Origin: Octopus sinensis
Taxonomy: Eukaryota
NCBI RefSeq assembly: GCF_006345805.1
Contig: NC_043020.1
Location: 10,230,001 to 10,294,000, forward strand
Direction: 5' to 3'
DNA length: 64,000 nucleotides
The notes beneath the pieces are model-generated. The model searched no databases. It saw only the letters and a list, made by a program, of their open reading frames with translations, and had not been told where the DNA came from. Made by a program: the position numbers and the translations under genes. Positions 11,644-25,310 of this stretch are shown here, piece by piece. Each line of letters opens with the position of its first letter. Within the stretch, counting starts at the first letter, position 1.

Positions 11644-12025
11644 GTGGAGGCGCAATGGCCCAGTGGTTAGGGCAGCGGACTCGCGGTCGTAGGATCGCGG
11701 TTTCGATTCCCAGACCGGGCGTTGTGAGTGTTTATTGAGCGAAAACACCTTAAAGCTCCACGAGGCTCCGGCAGGGGATGGTGGTGATCCCTGCTGTACT
11801 CTTTCACCACAACTTTCTCTCACTCTTTTTCCTGTTTCTGTTGTACCTGTATTTCAAAGGGCCGACCTTGTCACTCTCTGTGTCACGCTGAATATCCCCG
11901 AGAACTACGTTAAGGGTACACGTGTCTGTGGAGTGCTCAGCCACTTACACGTTAATTTCTCGAGCAGGCTGTTCCGTTGATCGGATCAACCGGAACCCTC
12001 GTCGTTGTAACCGACGGAGTGCTCC
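11644..12025 (+). mobile_element. SINE family B
   Basis: Full-length tRNA-headed copy. Confidence 0.88.
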
Positions 12026-12156
12026 TACCTAATACTATGAGCAATTAGTTAAGGGAGAAGGAAAAGGAAAAACGTTTATATTCATGACTATGTTGTACAT
12101 GAAATGCTGGTAACTAGAATGGCAATAGAAAGTGGATTTATGATCGTTCACATATA

Positions 12157-12345
12157 TATTGGGTTAGTGCATAATTACTGTGACTTTTTTTCAATAAATT
12201 TTGTTCGACAAAAACAATAACATGTAACAAAAACATCTTTAAATGATTATTCTGGAGCATATTCACCATCTACTTCAATTACTGCTTCCCATTTGCTTGG
12301 CAGACGGTCAGACCATCATTTAAAAATGTTTTTGTTAAATATTGT
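12157..12345 (-). mobile_element. mariner 3' end relic (TIR plus transposase C-terminus)
   Basis: tattgggttagtgcataatta resembles a mariner TIR; minus strand reads RLPSKWEAVIEVDGEYAPE*. Confidence 0.7.
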
Positions 12346-12362
12346 TATTGTTTACGTTGATA

Positions 12363-12773
12363 GGCACAGGAGTGGCTGTGTGGTAAGTAGCTTGTTTACC
12401 AACCACATGGTTCCGGGTTCAGTCCCACTGCGTGGCACCTTGGGCAAGTGTCTTCTACTATAGCCTCGGGCCGACCAATGCCTTGTGAGTGGATTTGGTA
12501 GACGGAAACTGAAAGAAGCCTGTCATATATATGTATATGTATGTGCGTGTGTATGTTTGTGTGTCTGTGTTTGTCCCTCTAGCATTGCTTGACAACCGAT
12601 GCTGGTGTGTTTATGTCCCCGTCACTTAGCGGTTCGGCAAAAGAGACTGATAAAATAAGTACTGGGCTTACAAAAGAATAAGTCCCGGGGTCGAGTTGCT
12701 CGACTAAAGGCGGTGCTCCAGCATGGCCGCAGTCAAATGACTGAAACAAGTAAAAGAGTAAAGAGTAAGAGTA
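12363..12773 (+). mobile_element. SINE family A
   Basis: Full-length copy with (AAAAGAGT)n tail. Confidence 0.85.
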
Positions 12774-13279
12774 ATAAAATTTGTTGAAAAAAAATCTGCT
12801 ATAATTATGTACCAACCCAATATATATATTTTTTTTGTCGCCCTTTTCAAGCCTATCCAGGCTCATGGGCCCAGTTTCCTGGTTTCTGTGGCGTATGTGT
12901 TCGCCACTGCTGGACGGGACGCCAGTCCATCACAGCATTACTCAAGAAACAGGAAGAGAGAGTGAGAGAAAGTTGTGGCAAAAAAGTACAACAGGGGTCG
13001 CTTACTTGTTCATGCTATTTTTAATTATTCAGGTTCAATAGTAGTGTCCACGATATTTGCTTGTAACTTTGTAAATCTTTTACATACATATTTGAAATTT
13101 TGTCAGTGGGTACTTTATACAGCACTGTTGTATAGTTATGTAATTTTAGCTGATCTTGCTAAGTAAATTTGACTTTTATGGACAGGTAAATTTAATTAAC
13201 AGGTGTTAAAGCAATAACATTATGGATATACATTAAAACTGAAATTCTTAATATATCTTACCTGTTTGATTTGTCACTG

Positions 13280-14868
13280 AAATTATCCCAGCCTTTTTTA
13301 AACCAAAGCAAAATCACAAAGTGAAGCTGCTATTAAAGCAAGTTTTATTGTGGCAGAGGAGATCACAAAACCAGCCCGGCCCATTACCGAAGGAGAGTTT
13401 GTGAAAAAATGTGTGATGTTTGTGTTCAGACAAGAAGTAACTGTTTGCTAATGTGAGTATTAGCAGAAATACAGTTGCTGATCGGGTATGTGAGATGGCC
13501 ATTGAGTTGAAAACATAGTCGATTGGAAAGAAAAGATTTTGTTGCATATCTATTGCTGTGGATGAAACTACTGACACGACTGATATGGCACAGCTAGCTA
13601 TCTTCATCGGTGGAGTGGACTCCAATTTGTTCATCATGGAGGAAATTTTGAACATTAAATCGATGCACGGGCCAACAACAGGAAAGGGCCTATTTGAGAA
13701 AATATGTGTAACCGACAGGAACTGCCTTGGGACAAACTTGTTGGACTTACAACAGATGGAGTGCCAGCGATGTGCGGTGAAAAAAGTGTACTAGTGGGTA
13801 GGATACGTTTAAAGATGCAAGAAGAAAACTGCGCTGGTGAGTTGACAACATATCACTGTATCATACACCAGGAAATGATGGGCGCTATAGCCTTAAAAAT
13901 GGAACATTTACTGAGCACTGTAACGCAAACTGTAAACTTAATCCGAGCCAAAAGGTTACATAACCGCCAATTTCAGTCTTTCCTGTGGGAAATACATTCA
14001 GGTTTCGGTGACTGCCTTATCATACAGAAGTGCGGTGGCTCAGTCGGGGAAAGGTCCTCAATATAGCTTTGGGCTGATTGAGGAAATGTGTCAGTTCATG
14101 GACAGTAAAGGAAAGGAATCTAAAGTTCTGCGGGGTGAAAAGTGGATGAAGAGTTAACGTTTCTGGTTGACATAACTGTGCATCTCACTGCTTTAAACAT
14201 TCAGCTCCAGGACAGGATCGCATGATTTGTGATATGTATGATGCAGTGAAGGCATTTCAAGTGTTGCTGCGTATATGGGAGACACAATTGAACTTGTCCC
14301 ACTTTTCCTATTGCCAAGTAATGTTGAGCCAAGTCAGTGCACCAATTGAACTTGTCTCACTTTCCCTATTGCCAAGTCAGCGCCATGGTGTTCCCAAAGC
14401 AACACTTTGCTGATAAACTGAGTGCGTTCGGCACTGAATACGCACAACGCTTTAGAATTCGCACGGCATCAAAATAATTTCGAGCTACTTCGCAACCCAT
14501 TTGCCGTTAAAGTGGAATCTGCATCGGTACAGATTCAAAAGAAGCTGATAGAACTGCAGTGTAATGGGACATTAAAAGCAAAGTACGACTCTGTGGGGCC
14601 TGCACAGTTCAGCCGCTTCATACCTGAAGCAATGCCTCAGCTCCGTTTACATGCAGTGCGAACGCTGTCTTTGTTTGGGAGCACATGTCTGTGCGAGCAG
14701 CTGTTCTCTGTGAGGAAGATGAATAAAACATCACATAGGAGTCGTCTCACAGATGAACACCTGAAATCCAACCCAAGAATCTCAACAACACAGAACCTTG
14801 CCCCAAACATCAAAGAATTTGTTGCCAAGAAAAGATGCCAAGTATTTAATTCAGACAAAATTGCATAA
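13280..14868 (+). pseudogene. Degenerate hAT transposase (SPIN/GTF2IRD2-like)
   Basis: Frameshifted segments ASFIVAEEITKPARP, DETTDTTDMAQLAIFI, LPWDKLVGLTTDGVPAMCG, YHCIIHQE, NPFAV, LFGSTCLCEQLFS...HRSRLTDEHL are typical of hAT/GTF2IRD2-type transposases. Several stops and frameshifts; TIRs not found. Confidence 0.88.
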
Positions 14869-15649
14869 AGAAAATTGAAAGTTTTGATTTATTATTTTAA
14901 TTTTCACTAAAAAGCACATTTTAAAATTTATATTTTCTGTCTTTTTTTTATTTTGAAACATGTTCTTATTTTAAGTTTATATAATTTTGACAGGAGATAT
15001 TTTTTATTTATGGCGAAAATGAATTTCATGCCAATCAGGAGCTTACAAAACTACACCAATTCACTAAATATGGAATCAATTGGAACAAAAATTGAGGAAA
15101 TCGAAAAGTGGCAGCCAAATAGAAAAGCTCCTTTTTATGCCCCATAACTAAGCAACGAATTAATAGAATCAACTCTTGACCGAAATAACTCCTGGGGTTA
15201 AAACGGTTGAGCAGAAACCCGTTCCAGATTGGCCACTGTCTAGTAACTGGACCCAGTAAAAGTATAAGAGAACAAAACGCATACCCTACCCCTACCCTAC
15301 TCATACCTACTACCCTGTCATTCCTCTCACTCCACCTCAATACCCTTCTCACCTTCACAACAAACTTTACCTGAAGAAGTTTCTCATTTGGTACCACCAC
15401 CCTTATCATAACATTGTCCAGCCTCCAATACCAACTGACCTTATAACCTGTCTGACCACTTTCACTTTACACCGTCCTGTCCTAGTAACGTTGGTTCATC
15501 CAAACAAACCCCAACACCCCCCCATGTAATAACCCCCGCCCCGTGTAATACCCCCCTCTCCCCCACCTTCACTCACACTATTGGTTGTACTCAGGCCAAA
15601 CAATAAGTTGATTGACCATTACCATTTCAGAAGCTGATTGACTACTACT

Positions 15650-15693
15650 ACTACTACTACTGCTGCTGCTGCTACTACTACTACTACTACTAT

Positions 15694-15726
<33 letters not shown>

Positions 15727-15800
15727 CACCACCACCACCACCACCACTACTACTACTGCTACTACTACTACTACTATTACCACCACCACCCGTACCACTC
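15650..15800. repeat. (CTA/CTG/CCA)n microsatellite
   Basis: Direct reading. Confidence 0.9.
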
Positions 15801-16522
15801 TACCTTAATCGCACTTTTGGGCTATCACATGCACTTTGCAATTTCCTCCTTCTCCTGATCACCCACGTGCCCATGCACGCATGCACACACACACACACAC
15901 ACACACACTCACTTCTACTCCCTACTCAACTTAACCAACCCTGTTGTAAACACTACAAACATAAAAAAAACAACTTATAAAAACGATAAACCAAACATCC
16001 AGAGTTGATGTTAGTTAAATGAGGAAATGTTTTCACGTCCATCTACGTCGATATTGATTATATTATTGGTATCATTTTGTCAGTTGTAATTATTTCTATT
16101 ATTATTATTATTAATCATAGAATAAATTGAGATGTTGTTGGCAGGAATTGATCCCGTCGCTTGAATAAATAATTTGGCTTCAATTAGCGGAAGGCTTAAC
16201 GGAAAACGAAACAATAGGACACCAAGTTTCTTTTTTAAGACAACCATAAATCAATGTTTGATAGATGGGCTAAAAGGAAGCTGAGGTGGACCTCAGCTGA
16301 ATCGACAACTGTACTTTTACTTCAGCTAGTTTGTTTATTTAAGACAACGACGTAGACGTGGCTGTATAATTGAGAAGCTTTGTTTCACAGACGCTTTGTT
16401 CTGAGTTCGATCAGGCGCAGCACTTTCAGCAAAAAAAAAAAAAAAGGTATTACTAAGAAACTCGCCATCGGTCACTTGGTTTCGGCATCAGTCCCACAGC
16501 ACGGTACGTTGGACAAATGTCG

Positions 16523-17030
16523 GATCTTTTCGGTTTGAACGGCAGTTTGGGATCTTTTCCTTTTGAACGGCAGTTTTCAATACAATTTCTAGTTAACTAA
16601 ACACTTTTAAACTTCGTATACTGGTAGAATGTGTTTATAAAACAATTTTTTCTTGGCACCCCTAACCCTAACCCTAAAACAGATTGAAATGCAATAGATC
16701 GAAACTAGGGTCATAATTATGGGTGACAATTTCATATGGCACCGCTAGAAAAAACTGCGGATCTTTTCCTTTTGAACGGCACTTTTCAACACTATTTCTA
16801 GTTAACTAAACACTTTTAAACTTCGTATACTGGTAGAATGTGTTTATAAAACAATTTTTTCTTGGCTTTATTGAGAAAATTCTATAGTTTGTAAGATATT
16901 TCCACTTTAAAATCGAGCATTTCGGCAATTTTAACCAATCGCTGACCTCCATTTAGGTAAACAACATTCCGTGCTGTATGAATATGTCCCTCCTTTAAGA
17001 AACAGATTGGGTTTATTTACATTTGCGAAG
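16523..17030. mobile_element. Rearranged/nested copies of the GGATC-ended MITE family
   Basis: End sequence ggatcttttc(gg/ct)tttgaacggca occurs at ~16523, ~16549 and ~16759; internal sequence shared with 38279-38772 and 60249-60668. Confidence 0.7.
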
Positions 17031-17133
17031 AATGTATTTTATTTATAAGAATGGTATTTTATTTATGGATTTTCAAAAAATGCCATGTTCAAAATTATTC
17101 ATACTTTCGGTTCACTGAGTCCAATATCTTTCT

Positions 17134-17575
17134 TTAATAGTCAATTGCATAGCCTTTGTTTTTTATGATTGCTTCTAGACGGTTCTTGTGCGTGTCCACA
17201 GGCTACCTGCATGTCTCCTGTGGGACGTTGGCCCATTCTTCTTTGGCGAAAGCCACGAGCTGGGTCAACTTGGTCGGTTTCCTAGCCATCACTCTGGTTT
17301 TCAAGTCTCGCCACCACAAGTTCTTAATCGGATTCAGGTCAGGACTCTGACTTGGTCATTCTAGGACGTTGACTACATTGTCCTTGAACCATTTCTTCAC
17401 TACCTTAGCGGTATGTTTCGGATCATTATCCTGCTGGTACTTCCAGTTGTTGCCGAGTTGGAGTTTCTCAGTGGATTCCTTCACGTTTTCATAAAGGAAC
17501 CTGATGTAATCCTTCTTTCTCATGATTCCTTGGACCTTGACAGAGTTCCCTGTGCCACCGGAAGAGAAACATCCC
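17134..17575 (-). pseudogene. Tc1-family transposase fragment (C-terminal catalytic region)
   Basis: [41 protein letters not shown]...NKGYAIDY*; contains in-frame stops. Confidence 0.9.
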
Positions 17576-17734
17576 CGTGACATTGTTTCCACCGCCATGG
17601 TTAACGGTGGGCCCCAGTGGCGGCTCGTGTATAGGAACTGCAGCACCCCCTATTACCACTCGATATTATCGATAACATTCAATATAATGAGTCATTTTTT
17701 CATTAATTCTTTCTTTATACTTTTTAGAACCATT

Positions 17735-17813
17735 AAGTTGCGGGGTCATAAACACACCAACACCGGTTGCCAATCGTTGGTAGGGGACAAATACAGACAC
17801 ACACACACCACAC

Positions 17814-17866
<53 letters not shown>

Positions 17867-18025
17867 TGTGTAGGATGGGCTTCTTTCAGTTTCCGTCTAA
17901 GCCCACTCACAAGGCTATGGTCGGCCTGAGGCTATCGTAGAAAACACTTACTAAAAGTGCCACGCAGTGGGACCGAACTCAGGGCCATGTGGTTGGGAAG
18001 CAAGTTTCTTACCACACAGCCACAT
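17735..18025 (-). mobile_element. SINE family A, diverged
   Basis: Reverse-complement match with central (TG)n; followed by (GATA)n at ~18026-18095. Confidence 0.7.
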
Positions 18026-18043
18026 AGATAGATAGCTAGCTAG

Positions 18044-18096
<53 letters not shown>

Positions 18097-18446
18097 TTTC
18101 TCACTCTTTCACTACGGTTTCTTTTTTACAATGAAGCATTCTTCCATAATCAACCGACCAATCAACGGATCCCATTCAGCTAACACACACTTAACAAAAC
18201 AAGCTGGAAATACCAATAACAATACTTCCTATCCACTCACTATTCTTTTTCATTCATCTCGATTCTACTTTATCTTCCATCTTCAACTTCGCTCCACTTC
18301 AAAAACAGACGAGAGCAAAGAACACAGATGATCCTGACGTAAGAAATGGCTGCCATCTTAACGAATGACGTCATACCGACCGAGCTAAATAAATAAACAT
18401 TGTGCTGTGTGTGTGTTTGTTTGAGAAACGAGCGCATATATATATA

Positions 18447-18495
<49 letters not shown>

Positions 18496-18717
18496 TACAT
18501 ACACACACACACACACCACACACACAACATATATATATATATATATATAGATATATATATATATATACACACATATACATAATACGTAAATACATACATA
18601 GATACATACACAGACACGCGTCTATCTATATACATTTTATCCATAATTTTTAACCATAATTTTTGACTTGTAGAGATTCTTAACCCCTTTTCAACTACAT
18701 ATAAACACATAATACAA

Positions 18718-18863
18718 GGAGTGCGTTGTGTTTCATAAATATTTCAAGGATTCTTATAAAAACATAACGATCGGGAAATTTAACGAAAACACGGAATATT
18801 TGACAAAAACAAACACACGGAGAAAAAAAAACCTTGAAATATTTATGCAACGCAACGTACTCC
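18718..18863. mobile_element. Small MITE-like element with ~32-bp imperfect TIRs
   Basis: ggagtgcgttgtgtttcataaatatttcaagg ... ccttgaaatatttatgcaacgcaacgtactcc; no clear TSD. Confidence 0.5.
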
Positions 18864-19384
18864 TAATATTTTTTACCCATTTGTAAAAATATTCTTGGAA
18901 TATATTTTATGCTCTACTCAAGTTTGTCTCTTTCTTTTTCTTTGCGTCTCTTTAAACCTTTCTTTCTGCCTCTCTCTGTCTCACTCTTTCCCTCCCTAAT
19001 AATCTCCTCCGTTTCTTCTGTCCCTCTGCCCTCCATGACTCTCTTTCTCTCTCCTCCTACTATCATGTGACCCGCGGTTGTCATTCTTTATTTTTTGGCC
19101 ACCGACTTGGTTGGTCACGCTTCTTTGCGCTCCTTCACTTTTTCCTCCACGGTTTGTTTACCCCTTCCTTCGTTCTGCCCTTCCTGTGCCTCCAGTCTTT
19201 AGGACTTTATCATTTCCTTTTCATCTGTCTGATAGCCGTACGGCTCTTTTTTTTGCTGTATATATATATTATGACGTAGGTATACACGTCTGGTGTAAAA
19301 TGGTATTGCACAAATAAATAGTTGGTTGTGTTTATCTAAAAAAAAACCTATCACAGAAATATGCTAACATAGAAATATAATAAT

Positions 19385-20074
19385 AATATAATGAAATTAT
19401 TGTATACAGTGCTCAGGTGCACCACAACTTGTCAGAAAGTGCATATAAAGTACATGCAGTAATGTTGAAATGTCTGGAAAGCGAACAATGAATGAGTCAG
19501 ATACATGCTTGCGTGTGTATGGAGGAGAGGAAATCAGGTGTAGTGTTGGCGAATCTCAGAAAGCATGGAAGTTTTGAAGGATGCAGTGCTCCGACAACTA
19601 ACAACTGATGCCGGCAGTTTGTTCCATGCTTCAGCAACTCTCAGCGTGAAAAAATGTTTCCTGAAGTCATGGGAGCTGTGCTGTTTTCTGACTTTGTAAA
19701 TATGTCCACGGGTGTTAAACGGGTGGAGTTTTTAAATAATAATAATAATGAAATTATTGTATACAGTGCTCAGGTGCACCACAACTTGTCAGAAAGTGCG
19801 TATAGAGTATATGCAATAATGTACAAATGTCTGGAAAGTGAACAATGTATGAGTCAGATACATGCTTGCGCATGTATGGAGGGGAGAAAATCAAGTGTAG
19901 TGTTGGCGAATCTCAGGAAGCATGGAAGTTTTGAAGGATGCAGTGCTCCGACAACTAACAACTGATGCCGGCAGTTTGTTCCATGCTTCAGCAACTCTCA
20001 GCGTGAAAAAATGTTTCCTGAAGTCATGGGAGCTGTGCTGTTTTCTTACTTTGTAAATATGTCCACGGGTGTTA
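19385..20074 (-). mobile_element. Two tandem CR1-like LINE 3' ends (357-bp period)
   Basis: Minus strand reads NTRGHIYKVRKQHSSHDFRKHFFTLRVAEAWNKLPASVVSCRSTASFK (CR1/L2-type C-terminus) with an (ATT)-rich tail; both copies are truncated at the same 5' point. Confidence 0.8.
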
Positions 20075-20357
20075 GATGGGTGGATATGTTCCGTGCTTCT
20101 CGAACGTAGGTACGATACTCAATATTCACTGTTTAACTATCGACGGTTAAGCACGCATCGAGCCAACACGATCAAACTAACACCGACAACTACTCTTTCT
20201 TTTATTTGGCACGCAGGCCATGACACAGAGGGAACAGCACAAGGACAGACAGAACACCACAGTGGGGACAAAAAACATAAAACGAACGAATGAAGAACGA
20301 ATAAAATTAATGGTGATAAAATGGCTGCTTTGAGCCCCACTCTCAAGCAATATCACT

Positions 20358-20574
20358 TACTCTTTACCCTTTACTCTTTTACTTGTTTCAGTCATTTGAC
20401 TGCGGCCATGCTGGAGCACCGCCTTTAGTCGGGCAAATCGACCCCGGGACTTATTCTTTGTAAGCCCAGTACTTATTCAATCGGTCTCTTATGCCGAACC
20501 GCTAAGTGACGGGGGATTAAACACACCAGCATCGGTTGTCAAGCAATGCTAGGGGGACAAACACAGACACACAA

Positions 20575-20605
<31 letters not shown>

Positions 20606-20765
20606 CACATATACGACAGGCTTCTTTCAGTTTCCGTCTACCAAATCCCCTCACAAGGCATTGGTCGGCCCGGGGCTATAGCAGAAGACACTTGCCCAAG
20701 ATGCCACGCAGTGTCAAGCAATGCTAGGGGGACAAACACAGACACATAAACATATACACACACAC
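20358..20765 (-). mobile_element. SINE family A, partial with local duplication
   Basis: Reverse-complement match; gtcaagcaatgctagggggac is repeated. Confidence 0.8.
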
Positions 20766-20982
20766 TTAGTAAGTAAAAGAGTAAAAGAGTAAAGAGTAAC
20801 TTTACTGGTAATCTTGTCCTTATTACTAATTTGAATTTTGTAATTCTCCTCTCTATGGCCGTATTTTTTGCGTATGTCACCATACACCACCACTTGTTCT
20901 TCTTCAGCTTCTCGACTGCTCGTTTCTACTGCACACCTGGGTTGTCCAGGCTAGTTTCTCTTTTTTGTCTTGGTAATTCTAT

Positions 20983-21310
20983 TTCGATTCCCAGACCGGG
21001 CGTTGTGAGTGTTTATTGAGCGAAAACACCTAAAGCTCCACGAGGCTCCGGCAGGGGATGGTGGTGATCCCTGCTGTACTCTTTCACCACAACTTTCTCT
21101 CACTCTTACTTCCTGTTTCTGTTGTACCTGTATTTCAAAGGGCCGGCCTTGTCACTCTCTGTGTTACGCTGAATATCCCCGAGAACTACGTTAAGGCTAC
21201 ACGTGTCTGTGGAGTGCTCAGCCACTTACACGTTAATTTCACGAGCAGGCTGTTCCGTTGATTCGGATCAACCGGAACCCTCGTCGTCGTAACCGACGGA
21301 GTGCTTCCAA
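20983..21310 (+). mobile_element. SINE family B, 5'-truncated
   Basis: Begins at tttcgattcccagaccggg. Confidence 0.85.
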
Positions 21311-21901
21311 AAAAATTCTATTGCACATCCAATTTCTTTATTAGCCACAAGGGCCCAAACATAGAGGGGGACAATGCAGCGTGATTGGGGTCAGACACAC
21401 AATGATTATATGACTTTTAAAATTTTACAAAATATAATGAAGTCGAATGAAATCGAATGAGTTACAACAAGGACGAAACACAAACATGAGATGAAGCAGA
21501 GAGATTTGCAAGCTCTCTCTAATGTCCACTTCTTCCTCTTTTTTTAAAACTTTTGTTAGTGATGCTGTTGTACGTTTTTGCCGCCGGCTCTCTATAATGC
21601 CTATTTCTTCTTCCTTTTTACCTTTTGTTGGTGACGCTGGTGTACTTCTTTGCCACCAGCTTTCTATCATATCTATTTCTTCCTCCTCTTTTTCTTTTTC
21701 GGGCTTTTCGTCGGTGAGTATACGCACAGATTGACCTTGACCTCTGCTGTGCATGCTCACAAAGTTTTAACGTCCTACCTTACTTCCATTGTATACAGTA
21801 GTGCTTGGAAGTAACGTGTGATCGTCGCATTGACCATGACAGAGAAAGTAGAGAATCTGCATAAAATTTTGCCAAAAGCTTGGCGATAACAGCCCGGAGG
21901 T

Positions 21902-22295
21902 CTCTTTTACTCTTTTACTTGTTTCAGTCATTTGACTGCGGCTATGCTGGAGCACCGCCTTTTAATCGAGCAACTCGACCCCGGGACTTATTCTTTGTAA
22001 GCCCAGTACTTATTCTATCGGTCTCTTTTGCCGAACCGCTTAGTAACGGGGACGTAAACACACCAGCATCGGTTGTCAAGCAATGCTAGGGGGACAAACA
22101 CATACACACACACATATATACATATACATATATACGACAGGCTTCTTTCAGTTTCTGTCTACCAAATCCACTCACAAGGCTTTGGTCGGCCCGGGGCTAT
22201 AGCAGAAGACACTTGCCCAAGATGCCACGCAGTGGGACTGAACCCGGAACCATGTGGTTGGTTAGCAAGCTACTTACCACACAGCCACTCCTGCG
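21902..22295 (-). mobile_element. SINE family A
   Basis: Full-length reverse-complement copy. Confidence 0.85.
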
Positions 22296-22527
22296 ACTAC
22301 TCTGTGTTGCTTTCAAAAAGTTTTCATCGTTCTCGACACAACGAAGGAGATCTTTTCGAACAACGAAAGAAACAAATAGAGAAACGAGACAGGCAACATA
22401 AAGAACACTCTCTTCCTTTTCCTGTTTTTTATGTTCTCATCTCTCATTTCGTTCACGTTTTTTCTTTTGACGTCCTGCACCCATATATGCATATATATAC
22501 ACATATATATGTAGATATGTATATATG

Positions 22528-22593
<66 letters not shown>

Positions 22594-22841
22594 CGTTTTT
22601 GGATTTGGTTTGTAAGATTCTTTATATGAGTTCGTGTTTGAAGTATATTCTGTTTGTGTCTGGGGAGAGTCATTCTCTTTAGTGCCTTATTATTTGAGTC
22701 AAGACTATTGAAAAGGTTGCAAGACGCAACGAAAATTTTAGAAAATACAAAATAAGAAATAAGTGGAAATTTTACCGGTGAATGTGTTAAATAATAAGGC
22801 ACTAAAGAGAATGACTTCCCCAGATACAACAGTATATATAA

Positions 22842-22888
<47 letters not shown>

Positions 22889-24127
22889 AATAAAATAGAA
22901 CATATGCATATATAAACATATATGTACGTACCTACCTCTACATGTACATATACACGCATATATGTGTACAGGACACCAAAAAGACGTCGAACACATAGAG
23001 AGACGAAAAACATAGACACAAACCAAGGAACAAGACAAGCAAAAAAAGAGATACAGGACAATAAGCACAACGAAAAATCCCCTTCTTCAGTCGCTAAGGT
23101 TTCATCTACTAAACGTTTCGAAGGATAAAAGCGAGACGTATACTTCGAAGAAAACTTCCTTCCGCGAAAAGCAATCAATTAAAATGCTGAGATCTTTTCG
23201 CAGAGGGGTAAAAAAAAAGCAAGACGGTAAACGACAGTACAAAACATATAAACAGTAAAAAATATATATATAAACAGTGGAAAAATAAATTATAACAGTG
23301 AGAGACAGGACAAGGAGAACAAGATAAGAAGGGCTGTTAACGCCAACGAAAAAAGTATTGCAAACGCTGGATTATAGTGGACGACGAGAGAGAAAGAATG
23401 TCGACCAGTAGCCTTAGAAGGCGGGCGAGAAAGACAGGATAGCAGTTACGACGGAAGTATCGTCGCAGATGGACGACGGGAATGGGGGAGGAGAGCAAGA
23501 GGAAGAGAGAGAAGAAGGGGAATGGTGGAGGAGACCATGAAGAACGGTGAGGGGAGAGAGAGAGGAAGAGACAAGTTAAGTGAGGGAAAAAAGACGAAAA
23601 GGGAATGGGAGAGAAAGAAAGAAAGATGCAGAGTCCGCGTGAGAGTTAATATCAAGGCTAACTTGATAACAGAACAATCTTACTTAATAGGGTGCGTGCG
23701 TTTAGTCGTATATATGTTATAAAAATAAACATATGCATATATATATTATATATATATACTCTTTTAACTCTTTTACTCTTTTACTTGTTTCAGTCATTTG
23801 ACTGAGGCCATGCTGGAGCACCGCCTTTAGTCGAGCAACTCGACACCGGCACTTATTCTTTTGTAAGCCCAGTACTTATTCTATCGGTACTTTTGCCGAA
23901 CCGCTAAGTAACGGGGACATAAACACACCAGCATCGAAAATGGAGGTGGTTGTGGTGGTGATGGTGATGGTGGTGTAAGGCTTTGTAAGGGAAATAACTA
24001 TATAAGCATTTTTAGAGAGTTACTTCCTTTAAAGATGCCAATTCGGGCTTTCTTAGCCATTTCTGTTTTGGTGTCTTCAAGTCGTTGTTCTAAAAGAACG
24101 CTGGTCTCCTTGACAACGCATTACGAC

Positions 24128-25310
24128 GTTGGTGGTGGTGATGGTGGTGGTGGTGGTGGTGGTGGTGGTGGTGGTGGAGTTGGTGGTGGTGATGGTCTTG
24201 GTGGTGGTGGTGGTAGTGGTGGTGGTGTTGGTGGTTGTGGTGGTGGTGGTGGTGGTGGTGGTGGTGGTTATGGTGGTGGTGGTAGATAGATAGAGAGATA
24301 GAGAGAGAGAGATAGATATATATAGAGATAGATAGATAGAGAGATAGAGAGATACTACCACCACCACCACAACAACCTCCATCACCACTACCACCATCAC
24401 CACTACCACCACCATCACCACCACCACCACCACCACCACCACAACCACCTCCATCACCTCTACCACCATCACCACCACCATCACCACCAACACCATCACC
24501 ACCACACCCACCACCATCACCATCACCACCATCATCACCACAACCACCTCCATCACCACTACCACCGCCACCACAACCACCTCCATCACCACAACCACCA
24601 TCACCACAACCACCACCATCACCACCACCACCACCACCACCATCACCACCACACCCACCACCATCACCATCACCACCAACACCATCACCACCACACCCAC
24701 CACCATCACCATCACCACCATCACCACCACAACCACCTCCATCACCACTACCACCGGCCACCCAACCACCACCATCACCACCACCACCACCACCACCACC
24801 ATCACCACCACACCCACCACCACCACCATCACCACCAACACCATCACCACCACACCCACCACCATCACCATCACCACCATCACCACCACAACCACCTCCA
24901 TCACCACTACCACCGCCACCACAACCACCTCCATCACCTCTACCACCATCACCACAACCACCACCATCACCACCACCACCACCACCACCATCACCACCAC
25001 CATCACCACCAACACCATCACCACCACACCCACCACCATCACCATCACCACCATCACCACCACAACCACCTCCATCACCACTACCACCGCCACCACAACC
25101 ACCTCCATCACCACTACCACCATCACCACTACCACCACCACCACATCACCACCACCAACCATCCACCACCCACCACACCATCACCACCACCACCATCACC
25201 ACCACCACTACCATCACCACCACCACCACCATCACCACCACAACCACCACCATCACCATCACCACCATCACCACCACAACCACCTCCATCACCACAACCA
25301 CCATCACCAG
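24128..25310. repeat. (GGT)n, (GATA/GA)n and (CCA/CAT)n simple-repeat block
   Basis: Direct reading; source of the Val/Gly-rich ORFs. Confidence 0.9.

Noticed and set aside
15035-15560. Pro-rich unique-looking stretch and 124-aa minus ORF
   Set aside because: No recognisable domain, stops in the plus frames; probably decayed transposon sequence.
16660-16680. Telomere-like (CCCTAA)n
   Set aside because: Only 2-3 units, internal to the GGATC MITE family (also ~60350); not an interstitial telomere.
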